Part shown: one piece after another, positions 18,979 to 29,624 of the stretch
How positions within the stretch are numbered: the stretch's first letter is position 1
How the letters are laid out: each line of letters opens with the position of its first letter
Assembly (NCBI GenBank): GCA_965215275.1
Contig: OZ244044.1
Span: forward strand, 1 to 64,000
Reading direction: 5' to 3'
Origin: Thermodesulfobacteriota bacterium
GTDB taxonomy: Bacteria; Desulfobacterota_D; UBA1144; Nemesobacterales; JAJCZQ01
DNA length: 64,000 bases
Program-made: the position numbers and the translations under genes
Notes under the pieces: generated by a model
The model's input: only the letters and a program-made list of their open reading frames with translations
Database searches by the model: none
Told to the model about the DNA's origin: nothing

Positions 18979-20800
18979 AGACCGACCCGCAAGATATAAA
19001 CTACTGTTACAGAGGGGATAGCAAATTCGGACAAGGGAAATAACTGATAGAGATGGAACAAGATAAAGCCGCTGCAGGTTTAGAGCGTGCCGGCAGATTG
19101 CAGAAAAAAGAGATTTCGAAGAAGTTTGCTTGGTGTATACAGAAAATACCTTATGAACTCCTTAGCAGAGGTAACTGGCTGATCGGAGTATTAAATCCCG
19201 ATCTTTTAGTTGTGGTAAAAGAGTTCAATTTTTTCAGACGATATAAACCTTCTGCAATCTTTACTGTATAATAGTCAGTAAAGGATACAGTTTTCAGATA
19301 ATAAACATGGACAGATCAAATACCTTGCCAGAACCAGAGGATGCAAAAGGATACTTTGAACGCGGAAAAGACTTTTTGAACAAAGGAGAGATCCTAAAAG
19401 CCATTGATGATCTGGATGAGGCGGTCCACCTTGATCCCCGATTTGCAAGAGCTTACTATCACAGAGGGCTTGCCAAAAATGAACTTAGGCAATATAAGAA
19501 AGCGGTCGAGGACTTTGATAAAGCAATAGGGAGCAATACCCCCCCCCTTCGAGATACAGAAATCTACTACCGCAGAGGGCTTGCCAAAAATAAACTTGGT
19601 CAATACAAGGAAGCACTTAAAGATTTTGACAAAGCAATAAAGGTCACACGATTTGCAAGAGTTTACTATCAAAGAGGGCGCGCCAACTATAAACTTGGTC
19701 AATACAAGGAAGCACTTAAAGATCTTGACAAAGCAATAGAGAAATATCCACGATTAACAGAAGCATACCATGACAGAGGGCATGCCAACTATAAACTTGG
19801 TCAATACAAGGAAGCGATCAAAGACTTCGGCAAGGCCATAGAGATTAATCCGAAATTCGCAAGAGACTACTATCATATAGGGCTTGCCAAATATGAACTT
19901 GGTCAATACAAGGAAGCACTTAAAGATTTTGACAAAGCAATAAAGGTCACACGATTTGCAAGAGTTTACCATCAAAGAGGGCGCGCCAACTATAAACTTG
20001 GTCAATACAAGGAAGCGATCAAGGATTTTGATAAAGCAATGGAGAAAAATCCACGATTAACAAAAGTTTACAATAACAGAGGACTTGCCAACTATAAACT
20101 TGGTCAATACAGAGAAGCAACCCATGACTTTTACCGTTATATGAGGAAGCGATTGCAGAATTTGATAAAGCAGTAGAGACCGACCCGCAAGATATAAACT
20201 ACTGTTACAGAGGGGATAGCAAATTCGGACAAGGGAAATAACTGATAGAGATGGAACAAGATAAAGCCGCTGCAGGTTTAGAGCGTGCCGGCAGATTGCA
20301 GAAAAAAGAGATTTCGAAGAAGTTTGCTTGGTGTATACAGAAAATACCTTATGAACTCCTTAGCAGAGGTAACTGGCTGATCGGAGTATTAAATCCCGAT
20401 CTTTTAGTTATGGTAAAAGAGTTCAATTTTTTCAGACGATATAAACCTTCTGCAATCTTTACTGTATAATAGTCAGTAAAGGATACAGTTTTCAGATAAT
20501 AAACATGGACAGAGCAAATACCTTATCAGAACCAAAGGATGCAAAAGGATACTTTGAACGCGGAAACGATTTTTTGAACAAAGGTGAGACCGTAAAAGCC
20601 ATTGATGATCTGGATGAGGCGGTCCATCTTGATCCCCGATTTGCAAGAGCTTACTATCACAGAGGGCTTGCCAAAAGTGAACTTGGGAAACACAGGGAAG
20701 CGATCAGGGACTTTGACAAGGCAATAGGGAGCAAATCCCCCCCCCCTCAAGATACAGAAATCTACTACCGCAGAGGGCTTGCCAAAAACGAACTTGGTCA
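18890..20800 (+). repeat. Tandem duplication, period about 1198 bp (TPR 3' end, spacer with 72-aa ORF, TPR 5' end); boundaries approximate
   Basis: Near-identical 72-aa ORFs at 19053 and 20251 with near-identical flanks. Confidence 0.9.
19307..20176 (+). CDS. Tetratricopeptide repeat protein
   Basis: Repeated YYxRGxAxxxLGQYKEAxKDFDKAI units. Confidence 0.92.
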   Translation: MDRSNTLPEPEDAKGYFERGKDFLNKGEILKAIDDLDEAVHLDPRFARAYYHRGLAKNELRQYKKAVEDFDKAIGSNTPPLRDTEIYYRRGLAKNKLGQYKEALKDFDKAIKVTRFARVYYQRGRANYKLGQYKEALKDLDKAIEKYPRLTEAYHDRGHANYKLGQYKEAIKDFGKAIEINPKFARDYYHIGLAKYELGQYKEALKDFDKAIKVTRFARVYHQRGRANYKLGQYKEAIKDFDKAMEKNPRLTKVYNNRGLANYKLGQYREATHDFYRYMRKRLQNLIKQ

Positions 20801-21557
20801 ATACAGGGAAGCGGCCGAGGATTTTGACAAAGCAATAGGGATTAGGCCGCAAGATGCAGCACTCTACTACCGCAGAGGAATCTTCAAAAACAGGTTTGGT
20901 CAACACAAGGAAGCAATTAAGGATTTTGACAAAGTAATAAAAGTTTATCCGCAACTAATAAGATGTTACTATGACAGAGGGCTTGCCAAAAACAGATTTG
21001 GTCAACACAAGGAATCAATTAAAGATTTTGGCAAGGCCATAGAGATAAATCCGAAATTCGCAAGAGACTACCGTTATAGAGGGTGTGCCAAATATGAACT
21101 TGGTCAATACAAGGAAGCACTTAAAGACCTTGGCAAGGCAATAGAGAAAAATCCACGATTAAGCGGAGCATACCATTACAGAGGGTGTGCCAAATATGAA
21201 CTTGGTCAATACAAGGAAGCAATCAAAGACTTTGACAAGGCAATAGAGAAAAATCTATCACAATTAGCACAAGCATACCATTACAGAGGGTGTGCCAAAT
21301 ATAAACTTGGTCAATACAAGGAAGCACTTAAAGACCTTGACAAGGCAATAGAGAAAAATCCACGATTAGCAAAAGCATACCATTACAGAGGGCTTGCCAA
21401 ACATAAACTTGGTCAACACAGAGAAGCGACCCATGACTTTTACCGTTATATGAGGAAGCGATTTCGCCGCAAGATACAAGATCTTGCTATTACAGGGATA
21501 ATAGCAAATTTGGGGAACTATATAGGAAAGTTGACAAAATCCCATAACTCACTTTAA
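20505..21557 (+). CDS. Tetratricopeptide repeat protein; last codons derive from MITE copy 2
   Basis: TPR units; C-terminus diverges from paralog 30557-31786 exactly where the MITE begins. Confidence 0.92.
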   Translation: MDRANTLSEPKDAKGYFERGNDFLNKGETVKAIDDLDEAVHLDPRFARAYYHRGLAKSELGKHREAIRDFDKAIGSKSPPPQDTEIYYRRGLAKNELGQYREAAEDFDKAIGIRPQDAALYYRRGIFKNRFGQHKEAIKDFDKVIKVYPQLIRCYYDRGLAKNRFGQHKESIKDFGKAIEINPKFARDYRYRGCAKYELGQYKEALKDLGKAIEKNPRLSGAYHYRGCAKYELGQYKEAIKDFDKAIEKNLSQLAQAYHYRGCAKYKLGQYKEALKDLDKAIEKNPRLAKAYHYRGLAKHKLGQHREATHDFYRYMRKRFRRKIQDLAITGIIANLGNYIGKLTKSHNSL

Positions 21558-21955
21558 TAATTGACTTCTTTTATAAAAGGATTTACTTTAGAGTCTGCTA
21601 CTGATTTAAACCTTTTATTCAGTTCTTCTTTAGTGGTTTTTTAGGTCGTTTATACGGGATTGATCCCATTTTAAAAACATCCTTGATGCTTTATCTATTG
21701 CTTGTTGTTTTTCTTTTTTTTTGTTTTTAATTTTTTCATTATAAACAAATAACTATTAAATATGATCAAGACTCCTACATACTATATTATCATTACTTAA
21801 TTCTTCAAAGGTAATAATTTTTCTTAAAATACTGCTAAAAAGAGCATCCAATCGGTCTTGTGTGTCTATTTTAAAGTTACAATCATTTAACCTTCTGAAA
21901 ACTCATCTATATACTTCTCAAATTGCTATTTTGCCAACTTTTCTATATAATTCCC
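21513..21955. mobile_element. MITE copy 2
   Basis: GGGAACTATATAGGAAAGTTGACAAAAT ... ATTTTGCCAACTTTTCTATATAATTCCC; interior collinear with copy 1. Confidence 0.85.
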
Positions 21956-22009
21956 TAATATAATATTTATCCTCATCATAATAGAAATGAATTATCAGGT
22001 GTATGGAAG

Positions 22010-23890
22010 ATGTCTTCTAACTGGAATTTTAGAAAAGTTTCTCCAGCAGAGATGAATTATGATCCCGTTCAGGGAGAGTTCTTTACAGGTAAGGATATTG
22101 TTGATCGCCTAGTCAGGGAAACTCTGCAGAATTCTCTTGATGCAGGAAATGGAAATGGTCATCCCGTGAGAGTTCGCTTTGCCGTACACTCTGATGAACC
22201 GGTTTTTTCTTCCGACAAACAGGATTTCTACTTTAGTGGACTTATTCGGCATCTGCATGAATCAGGGTGTGATTTTATACTCTCTAAACAATCTTTGTCT
22301 TATCTTGTTATTGAAGATTTTGAAACCACAGGACTTACTGGAGACCCTGAACAAACAAATGATGAAAAGGGTAACGATTTTTACTATTTTTTCAGAAATG
22401 TAGGACGTTCTGGGAAAGGGGAAGATAAAGGTGGCAGTTGGGGACTGGGGAAATGGGTTTTTCCGGATGCTTCGAAGCTAAATGCATTTTTTGCTCTGAC
22501 AAAAAGGGATGATGGCGATGTTTTATTTATGGGGCAAGCAGTTCTTAAACAGCATACGATTGATAATGAGAAATATGACCCTTACGGTTTTTTCTCAAAA
22601 CTTGAAGATAATGAAAGTGGGTTACAAATACCCTTTAACGCCCAAGAAGATCAGAACATAATTAAAACCTTTCAGCATGATTTTAATCTGCAACGCGATG
22701 ACGAGACAGGTCTTTCAATAGTAGTTCCTTTCCTATCTGAAGATGAGGGTTTTCAATCTTTTTTTCCTGAAGATATAGTTCGTTCCGTAATTAAATACTA
22801 TTTTTATCCAATTGTGTCAGGCGATTTGGTGGTTGAGGTTTGTGGTTCTGGAAAGGAGTGGTCTTCTGAAAAAAAAGTTTTGGATCACGATAGTATTGAA
22901 GATATTGTCACACAGCTGCGTTGGCCTGATCATCGAGAGATCGGTCAGGAGGACCTTAAGCGCCTGATTGAAATGGCTATGGACAGATCAACAATTGAAG
23001 AAAGTAAATGGCATAATCTGGAATACAAAGGACTTAACAAAGGTATGAAAGAGTCTATTGGTTCTAAAAGAGAAGAACTTGCTGAACTTTATAACTCTGG
23101 TGAAAGGCTGTATTTAAAAATTCCCATAGAAGTTAAAGAAAAGAAAAGTAAAAAAAACTTTTCTTCTTATTTCACTGCAATTATTCAAAAGGATAAAGAT
23201 GTTGAGCAAGGTAAAGACTACTATGTGAGGGGTAATCTTGCCATTCAGGATATTGATACCGTCAGACAGTATCCAGTGCGGGTTTTAGTCCATATAGAGG
23301 AAAAAGAAGCTTTGGCTCATCTTCTAAGAGATACCGAAGAACCATCACATTCCGATTGGCGACCTAATGCTCCACGAGCAAAAGAAAAATACGTCAACGT
23401 TCGACAGACGGTAAATATGGTGAAGAATGCGGTCAAGGATATCCTTTCTGTACTTTCCGAAGACAACGATGAATCAGTACAGGAAGATGCTTTTATTGAT
23501 TTCTTTTACGTGAAAAAACGGGAAACAGGTTCTAATAATGGTGAAATATCAACTTCTCCAACTCCTGATGTAAATCCGGATGGAAAAATGAATTTATTTA
23601 AAATTGAACGCAAAAGCAACGGTTTTGCAGTTTCTATGTCGGATGGATATGACCTTCCTTGTTCTATTCACATTGACCTGGCTTATAACATCACAAAAAA
23701 CCCGCTTTCCCAGTACAGTCCACTTGATTTTGAGCTGGATAAATCGCCAATCAGTATTAAATGTGAAGGATGCAGTTGTAAAGGCGAGGACAACCATCTT
23801 GTAGTGGAAAACATAGAAGAGAATTTTAAAGTGACCGTTAAGGGTTTTGATATACATCGTGACCTCTATATAAAAGCCGAAGCTGATTAA
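22010..23890 (+). CDS. GHKL (MORC/Hsp90/MutL-like) ATPase domain protein with uncharacterised C-terminus
   Basis: N-box LVRETLQNSLDA, G1-like IEDFETTGLTG, G2-like GKGEDKGGSWGLGK. Confidence 0.75.
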   Translation: MSSNWNFRKVSPAEMNYDPVQGEFFTGKDIVDRLVRETLQNSLDAGNGNGHPVRVRFAVHSDEPVFSSDKQDFYFSGLIRHLHESGCDFILSKQSLSYLVIEDFETTGLTGDPEQTNDEKGNDFYYFFRNVGRSGKGEDKGGSWGLGKWVFPDASKLNAFFALTKRDDGDVLFMGQAVLKQHTIDNEKYDPYGFFSKLEDNESGLQIPFNAQEDQNIIKTFQHDFNLQRDDETGLSIVVPFLSEDEGFQSFFPEDIVRSVIKYYFYPIVSGDLVVEVCGSGKEWSSEKKVLDHDSIEDIVTQLRWPDHREIGQEDLKRLIEMAMDRSTIEESKWHNLEYKGLNKGMKESIGSKREELAELYNSGERLYLKIPIEVKEKKSKKNFSSYFTAIIQKDKDVEQGKDYYVRGNLAIQDIDTVRQYPVRVLVHIEEKEALAHLLRDTEEPSHSDWRPNAPRAKEKYVNVRQTVNMVKNAVKDILSVLSEDNDESVQEDAFIDFFYVKKRETGSNNGEISTSPTPDVNPDGKMNLFKIERKSNGFAVSMSDGYDLPCSIHIDLAYNITKNPLSQYSPLDFELDKSPISIKCEGCSCKGEDNHLVVENIEENFKVTVKGFDIHRDLYIKAEAD

Positions 23891-24685
23891 ATGGAGAGGA
23901 TGAAGATGATCAGGAAACTCAATTACACGGCCAGAAGACGCATTTCAAAATCGGATGCGATAATTACTTTTGATAAAAGCACAAGTCCACTTTCTTTTGA
24001 AGCCCAACTTAATTTTGAAAAATACAATTTTGAACCGGAATCCCGTGTATTCGTGGAAGCATATCGTGGTAACTCCTTTATGCGTTTTGATTATGGTACC
24101 GTGGAAAATCCTGAGATACCCTCAGACCGCAGATTATCCGAAATTGAAGGTGCCGCTCATACTCGTTTTCGTGTAAAGGTCGTTGACGATCAAAGTGGAA
24201 AATTATTTGCAATAACGTCTGTGTTGAATCCGAAACAGGGTTCTCAGGATCAACATGAGCCCTTGCTTCCTTTGTATATAACGGATACAGGCAATCAGGT
24301 CTGGAATCTAAAATTTGATAATGAAGGTGTCAGGTTGCAAGCGAATCGGCACATTAAAAGCGTTAAAGAGATGACAAAAACTCCGGCATTTCGAGCCTTG
24401 GTTTTTCCTGCTGTAATCCGTGAAGTCCTTTTTTATATTATCTTTGTGGAGAAGTGTGAATACTATGAAGACAATGACATGGATGAAGAGTCTCCATGGG
24501 ATAAATGGCTGAGGTTTATCGCAGGTTTCTATCCAGAGGAATATCCAGGTCCATCTGGAGATGGATACTCTGATGAACAGGAATTTTCAGGGTGGATTGA
24601 CGGGGCAGTTGAAGCTTTCAGTTCCAAGTATAAATTGAAAGATGTTTTTCAAAGCAGCGTTCGCCGGGGGACCTGGTTTGGCTGA
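23891..24685 (+). CDS. Hypothetical protein, operonic with the GHKL ATPase
   Basis: 264-aa ORF starting immediately after the upstream stop; no recognised motif. Confidence 0.8.
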   Translation: MERMKMIRKLNYTARRRISKSDAIITFDKSTSPLSFEAQLNFEKYNFEPESRVFVEAYRGNSFMRFDYGTVENPEIPSDRRLSEIEGAAHTRFRVKVVDDQSGKLFAITSVLNPKQGSQDQHEPLLPLYITDTGNQVWNLKFDNEGVRLQANRHIKSVKEMTKTPAFRALVFPAVIREVLFYIIFVEKCEYYEDNDMDEESPWDKWLRFIAGFYPEEYPGPSGDGYSDEQEFSGWIDGAVEAFSSKYKLKDVFQSSVRRGTWFG

Positions 24686-25424
24686 TATAGTTCGTCAACT
24701 TACAAAAGAAGGTATGAATGCCTTCCGTGACTATATTGAAGCAAGACGGCGTGGTGAAGACCGTGGTCCGGTACCCTCCTATCTGCTTTACAGCAGTCCC
24801 TACTCAGAGTCTCTGCAGCAGCAAATAGAGATAGAAAAAGAGCGGTTTTATACAAAATATGAAGAGGCGGTCTACTTCAGCGACGTTTTTAAAGGTTTTG
24901 ATCACGAAGAAATATCATACAATGGTGGTTTGTGGTCGTGGCTTAGTCTTTACTATCTTGATGAGTTGTTACAATCACAATCCGGGCGAAGAGGAACATT
25001 GAACGCTCCAAACAACTATATCCTTGAAGTGGAAGAAGGGGAACTTAACTGGAGAGACTATGTAAAACACCTTCTTGCAACTCCTTTTTATATTTACAGA
25101 TACCACGGAGAAAAATCCAGGATGTTACTGACGGGACCTGTTGGGTCCAGAAAGCAATTGACATTTCAAATTGCAGGACGACAACAATTTGCCAGATCAG
25201 ATGAATTCATCAAATTGGTCAACCGACTTTATGAGGATGACAGTGGCAATACTAAATCCGGGGTGACTTCTGGTATATCAAGTAAATTTAAAGCAAATCC
25301 CGGTGATCTAAGTAGATTGTTCTTATTATTTAAGCAACTAGAATTAACATACGATATTTTCAATATGTCTTGTGAAAAGATGATAGAACTGCTTCCTTCT
25401 GAATTTGATGAGTGGCTTGCTTAA
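24678..25424 (+). CDS. Hypothetical protein, third gene of the operon (likely TTG start at 24678)
   Basis: Long ORF overlapping the previous stop; GGGGGA upstream of the TTG. Confidence 0.75.
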   Translation: MADIVRQLTKEGMNAFRDYIEARRRGEDRGPVPSYLLYSSPYSESLQQQIEIEKERFYTKYEEAVYFSDVFKGFDHEEISYNGGLWSWLSLYYLDELLQSQSGRRGTLNAPNNYILEVEEGELNWRDYVKHLLATPFYIYRYHGEKSRMLLTGPVGSRKQLTFQIAGRQQFARSDEFIKLVNRLYEDDSGNTKSGVTSGISSKFKANPGDLSRLFLLFKQLELTYDIFNMSCEKMIELLPSEFDEWLA

Positions 25425-25444
25425 AATAAACGCCCAACCACAAC

Positions 25445-26050
25445 TTACATCTCTTTTCTATCTTTCAAGGCTTTTGCTATGGTCAGTTCATCTATGTACT
25501 CAAGGTCTCCTCCCATGGGTATACCGTGGGCGAGCCTGGTTACCTTGATGCCAAGGTTCTTTACGATCTTTGCAACGTATAATGAGGTTGCTTCTCCTTC
25601 CACGCTTGGATTGGTTGCTATAAGGACCTCTTTCGTTTGATTGTTGTCAAGGCGTTCTGTAAGTTCACGGACAGTAAGATCTTCCGGACCAACTCCATCA
25701 AGTGGGGATATAACGCCGTTCAGCACGTGATAGACCCCATCGAACCCTCTGCTTTTTTCTATTGCTATCAGATCAAGAGGGTCTTCGACCACGCAGATCA
25801 GCGACCTGTCTCGTGATCTGTCGGTACATATGCTGCAAGGGTCAACGGAAGATAAATGAAAGCAGGTACTGCAGGCAAAAACCGAGGATTTTGTCTCCAG
25901 TATGGACTTGGCAAGCCTTTGGGTGTAGTCGTTCCTGGACCTCAGGATATAAAAGGCAAGCCTTGTGGCATTTGTTTCTCCGATGCCGGGCAGCTTGGTA
26001 AGTTCGTCAATAAGTATGGATATGGGTTTTGGAAGTCCTTTGTGGCTCAT
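25445..26050 (-). CDS. recR: Recombination mediator RecR
   Basis: LPGIG, C4 zinc finger, Toprim ATNPSVEGEAT, GIPMGGDLEYID. Confidence 0.97.
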   Translation of the reverse strand: MSHKGLPKPISILIDELTKLPGIGETNATRLAFYILRSRNDYTQRLAKSILETKSSVFACSTCFHLSSVDPCSICTDRSRDRSLICVVEDPLDLIAIEKSRGFDGVYHVLNGVISPLDGVGPEDLTVRELTERLDNNQTKEVLIATNPSVEGEATSLYVAKIVKNLGIKVTRLAHGIPMGGDLEYIDELTIAKALKDRKEM

Positions 26051-26053
26051 ATA

Positions 26054-26377
26054 TCAGATCAGACCGGGAGGAAGTCCGAGTCCTCCTGTAAGCTTTACAA
26101 CTTCGTCTTTCATCATTTTTTGTCCCTGGCTCAATGCTTCGTTTACCGCAGCGATAATAAGGTCCTGAAGCATATCGATATCTTTGTCTTCTATAATGTC
26201 CGGTTCTATCTTTATTGAAGTTATCTCACCTTTGGCCTTTGCCGTAACGGTTACCATGCCCCCGCCTGACGTGACCTCCAGTTCTTTGTTTCCAACTTCC
26301 GATTGCATTTTGTCCATCTGCTCTTTCATTTTTGCCGCCTGCTTCATTAAGTTCTTCATATTTCCGCCAAATTTCAT
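26054..26377 (-). CDS. ybaB: YbaB/EbfC nucleoid-associated protein
   Basis: SGGGMVTV, DMLQDLIIAAVNEA; dnaX-ybaB-recR synteny. Confidence 0.95.
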   Translation of the reverse strand: MKFGGNMKNLMKQAAKMKEQMDKMQSEVGNKELEVTSGGGMVTVTAKAKGEITSIKIEPDIIEDKDIDMLQDLIIAAVNEALSQGQKMMKDEVVKLTGGLGLPPGLI

Positions 26378-26395
26378 GTCTTTGCTCCTTTATTG

Positions 26396-28060
26396 TTATT
26401 TGATTATCTTTCCCTCGAAAATCTCTATTGCCATTTGAACGGCAGTTTTATGCTGCGTTTTGTCTTCACTTTTTGCAGCAGGGGGTTTGTCCGTATCCCT
26501 TTTTTTAGCTTCCGGTCCATCTCCCTTTTTAAGTTCCACCCTGATCCTCATTTCAGGTTTATTATAATACTGACAGGCAAGTGACTTCAGTTTTTCCAGG
26601 TCGTTTTTTGCAGACTCGAAGCTCATTGAGCTTTCGCTGTAGACGATCTTAACGTTCCCTTCCTCTTCGTCTATCGAATCTGCTTTTTCCAGATGCATCC
26701 CCAGGATGTGACTTTTTTCTTTAACAAAAGATACAAAGGTATCAGGGCCTGGGTCATCTTTTGCTGTCTTGCTGCTCTGTTGCCTGGTGTATGGGTTTGC
26801 TGGTTCATCTGCGGATCTGGTATTACGTGCTGTGCTGTAACGTTTTGTGGAGTAGTCTGGCGTGCTGGCTGCTGTGTGGGTTGTAACTTCAGGTGTGTTC
26901 TTCAACTTGGCAGAAAGACCTTCTATCTGTTCTATGATCTTATTAATGGGTATTGTGGTATCAGTTATAGTGGCAAGCCTTATTATCATTGCTTCCAGAT
27001 AAAGTTCAGGAAAGGACGATCTGTGAACTTTCTCGGCATTTTCGATAGCAAGACTGAATATAAGTTCAAGGTACTCCGGGCTTTTGCCACTGATCAGCTT
27101 TTTTATATGCTCGGCATCGTCATCGGTCAGGTCCACGTCCAGTTTATCTCCATATATCCTGATGAAAAGGGCATCCCTCAGGATGCTTGTAAGACTGCCT
27201 GCGACCTTTCTGGGCGGTATTCCCCAGCTAGTTATATGTTTAAGCGTCTCGATCGATCTTTTAGGGTCTTTATCTATTATGCCTTGTAATAGTTCGTGCA
27301 GGCAGGTCTTGTCCAGGATCTCCAGAGCCTCCACCGTGTCGTTATAGCTTATTTTATTGCCAAACGCTGCGATCAGCTGGTCCATGAGGCTCAGTGCATC
27401 CCTTATACTGCCGTCGGATTCTTTGGATATTGAGGTGGTGGTTTCCTTGTCTACCGTTATTCCCTCGGTCTCTGCGATCCGTTCGAGCTGTACTCTGATC
27501 TCTTTGATCGAGAGTTTTTTAAAATCGTAATTCTGGCATCTTGAGCGGATGGTTGCCGGGATTCCGTGAGCTTCAGTGGTTGCGAGTATAAAAAGCACGT
27601 GACCTGGGGGTTCTTCAAGGGTCTTTAAAAGTGCGTTAAACGCCGCTTTTGACAACATGTGTGCCTCGTCGATTATATAAACCTTGTTCTTTGCCGAACT
27701 CGGGAGGTACTTTACGTTTTCCGTTACTTCTCTTATTTTATCCACTCCCGTGTGAGATGCTGCATCTATTTCCAGCACGTCAACTGATCTGCTTTCTGAT
27801 ATTTCAGTACAGGAAGAGCAGGCATTATCCAGATCCTTACATACCAGGTTCTCGTTGTCCGGCCTAGTGCAGTTAAGTGCTTTAGCGACTATTCTGGCAG
27901 TGGTGGTCTTACCAACGCCCCTTGGCCCTGAAAATATAAGTGCATGGGCGAGTTTTTCCGAGGTGATCGCGTTTTTCAGTGCAAGCGTTATGTACTGCTG
28001 ACCTATTACTTCGTCAAACGTTTTAGGTCTCCATTTTCTTGCCAGAACTATATATGACAT
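26396..28060 (-). CDS. dnaX: DNA polymerase III gamma/tau; true start probably ATG 28060
   Basis: MSYIVLARKWRP, GPRGVGKTT, EIDAAS, DEAHML, SRC. Confidence 0.96.
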   Translation of the reverse strand: MSYIVLARKWRPKTFDEVIGQQYITLALKNAITSEKLAHALIFSGPRGVGKTTTARIVAKALNCTRPDNENLVCKDLDNACSSCTEISESRSVDVLEIDAASHTGVDKIREVTENVKYLPSSAKNKVYIIDEAHMLSKAAFNALLKTLEEPPGHVLFILATTEAHGIPATIRSRCQNYDFKKLSIKEIRVQLERIAETEGITVDKETTTSISKESDGSIRDALSLMDQLIAAFGNKISYNDTVEALEILDKTCLHELLQGIIDKDPKRSIETLKHITSWGIPPRKVAGSLTSILRDALFIRIYGDKLDVDLTDDDAEHIKKLISGKSPEYLELIFSLAIENAEKVHRSSFPELYLEAMIIRLATITDTTIPINKIIEQIEGLSAKLKNTPEVTTHTAASTPDYSTKRYSTARNTRSADEPANPYTRQQSSKTAKDDPGPDTFVSFVKEKSHILGMHLEKADSIDEEEGNVKIVYSESSMSFESAKNDLEKLKSLACQYYNKPEMRIRVELKKGDGPEAKKRDTDKPPAAKSEDKTQHKTAVQMAIEIFEGKIIK

Positions 28061-28071
28061 GGTGATTAGCC

Positions 28072-28172
28072 GGTTTGCTAGGTTACCGTAACGCTCAGGA
28101 GCTTTTGCTACCGTTGCTACCTTCCGGTTCTGGCGGGGTTCACAAATTCCTGCCGTACGGGCCCAGCTCACC
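28072..28172 (-). ncRNA. ffs: Signal recognition particle RNA (4.5S), approximate ends
   Basis: Minus strand has GTGAACCCCGCCAGAACCGGAAGGTAGCAACGGTAG (helix-8 GGAA loop) with pairing ends; directly upstream of dnaX. Confidence 0.85.
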
Positions 28173-28489
28173 GGAATTTTATGTTAGCTTTCAGAGAAAT
28201 ACTTTACACAAAATTTCGTTATTGGGAATTATACACTATTTGCCCTCAAAACCAACAAAATTCTTTAGCTTTGTTTTTTAGTTCAGCAGTTTTGACATAT
28301 CGCTTTGCTCAGCTATATATCCATTCGAAGTTCTGTCCATTGCCCAAAACGTCTACGACACAATGCTCCTGATCGGACGGCACTCGGCAATTGATCATAA
28401 ACCAGCCCGGCAAAAACCGCCTGCTCGACGTCTAGGATCTCGGCGAGTTCCCTTGTCTTGCGAAGGCAAGGCTGTGCGGGATTACTTTG

Positions 28490-29617
28490 TCAATGGTCCT
28501 TACAAGTTCTACCAGTAATCCGGAAGGGCATGAAAACAGTCATCATTGGGGGGGGGGCTGGGTCTGCCTTTGGACCAGAAGTTCCCTTGTAGTCTATGAT
28601 GGCATTATATCGACCAATGGCCTCCAGACGACTGATCTTTTTGTACATACTGTATACATCAAGCTGATTTACCTGATTATAGACCCGTCCGAAGTTAGCC
28701 CAGGAATCGAACAGAGAACCTACGTCAATTGCTATCCCACCCCTTTGTTTGATCCATTCACAGTATATCTTACCGAAAATGCCTGCACCGACGAGGAACA
28801 GTGCTCCGGGATACGGAACTTTGAGAGTTTTGTAGATCTCATTGAAACGATCAGGATAGTGGGGTATCAATACATCATTAGGAAAAGATGGTTCACTTCG
28901 CACCTTGTACTGTTTGACCTCTCTTATGCCAAAAGTCCGTTTCATCTTTTCTTCCATGTCGCGAGAAGAAATGATCCCCACAAAATCCAGTTTTTCCAGC
29001 ATCGGCCTGTACAGTAAGGCGTGGTTCAGATGTGTGTTAATTGATGCATGGGTCAGCAGCGTTGATTCTGTTAACAGATTGAAACCGGTCAGCGATTTCT
29101 CAATCATTGCACGCAAATAAGCAGGGGCCTTTGTTATGTCGTCATCTAATAAGCCTACGATATCGGCATTTGTTACCGAATGCCTCAGAGCTTTTGATAA
29201 CGTAAGGACATCTTTTTCATCCCAGGTCGCTATGGGTTTTAAGATGCTCCTTGGCGTGAATCCGACACGTATCCGTGGCGGGTCTACAGGAATTAATTTC
29301 CTTCTGTTTGGACACACTAAATGACGCACCGACCTATATAGCTGTTGTCTTCGCCAGGAAGGGGGGGGGTATTGTCTTGCTATGTCACGTAACGCCTTGA
29401 ACACGCTCGTTATTTGCCACTTCCAGGTGGGTTTATCGAACCACGCCCACATAGAATTGGTTACATTTCCTCTTGTTGTGAATTGGGGATACCCCAGAAT
29501 AGAGGCTTCACCGTCGCCAAGCCTGATTAGTGAAAATGGCGTTCCCGCCTCCTTGCTCTTCTGGATGTGCAGAAATACCTGGAACGCGTTAAGACGCTCC
29601 GGTTTAAGGCTTTTCAT
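28490..29617 (-). CDS. GT-D-fold-like glycosyltransferase domain protein
   Basis: FSLIRLGDGE near the N-terminus and LVGAGIFGK...GGIAIDVGSLFDSW near the C-terminus. Confidence 0.65.
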   Translation of the reverse strand: MKSLKPERLNAFQVFLHIQKSKEAGTPFSLIRLGDGEASILGYPQFTTRGNVTNSMWAWFDKPTWKWQITSVFKALRDIARQYPPPSWRRQQLYRSVRHLVCPNRRKLIPVDPPRIRVGFTPRSILKPIATWDEKDVLTLSKALRHSVTNADIVGLLDDDITKAPAYLRAMIEKSLTGFNLLTESTLLTHASINTHLNHALLYRPMLEKLDFVGIISSRDMEEKMKRTFGIREVKQYKVRSEPSFPNDVLIPHYPDRFNEIYKTLKVPYPGALFLVGAGIFGKIYCEWIKQRGGIAIDVGSLFDSWANFGRVYNQVNQLDVYSMYKKISRLEAIGRYNAIIDYKGTSGPKADPAPPPMMTVFMPFRITGRTCKDH

Positions 29618-29624
29618 AGTTTAA

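Noticed and set aside
19053..19271. 72-aa ORF, duplicated at 20251
   Set aside because: No recognisable family; conservation is explained by recent duplication, so it is not called as a gene.
28061..28171. 37-aa N-terminal extension of DnaX in the ORF track
   Set aside because: Overlaps the SRP RNA; conserved DnaX start is at 28060.
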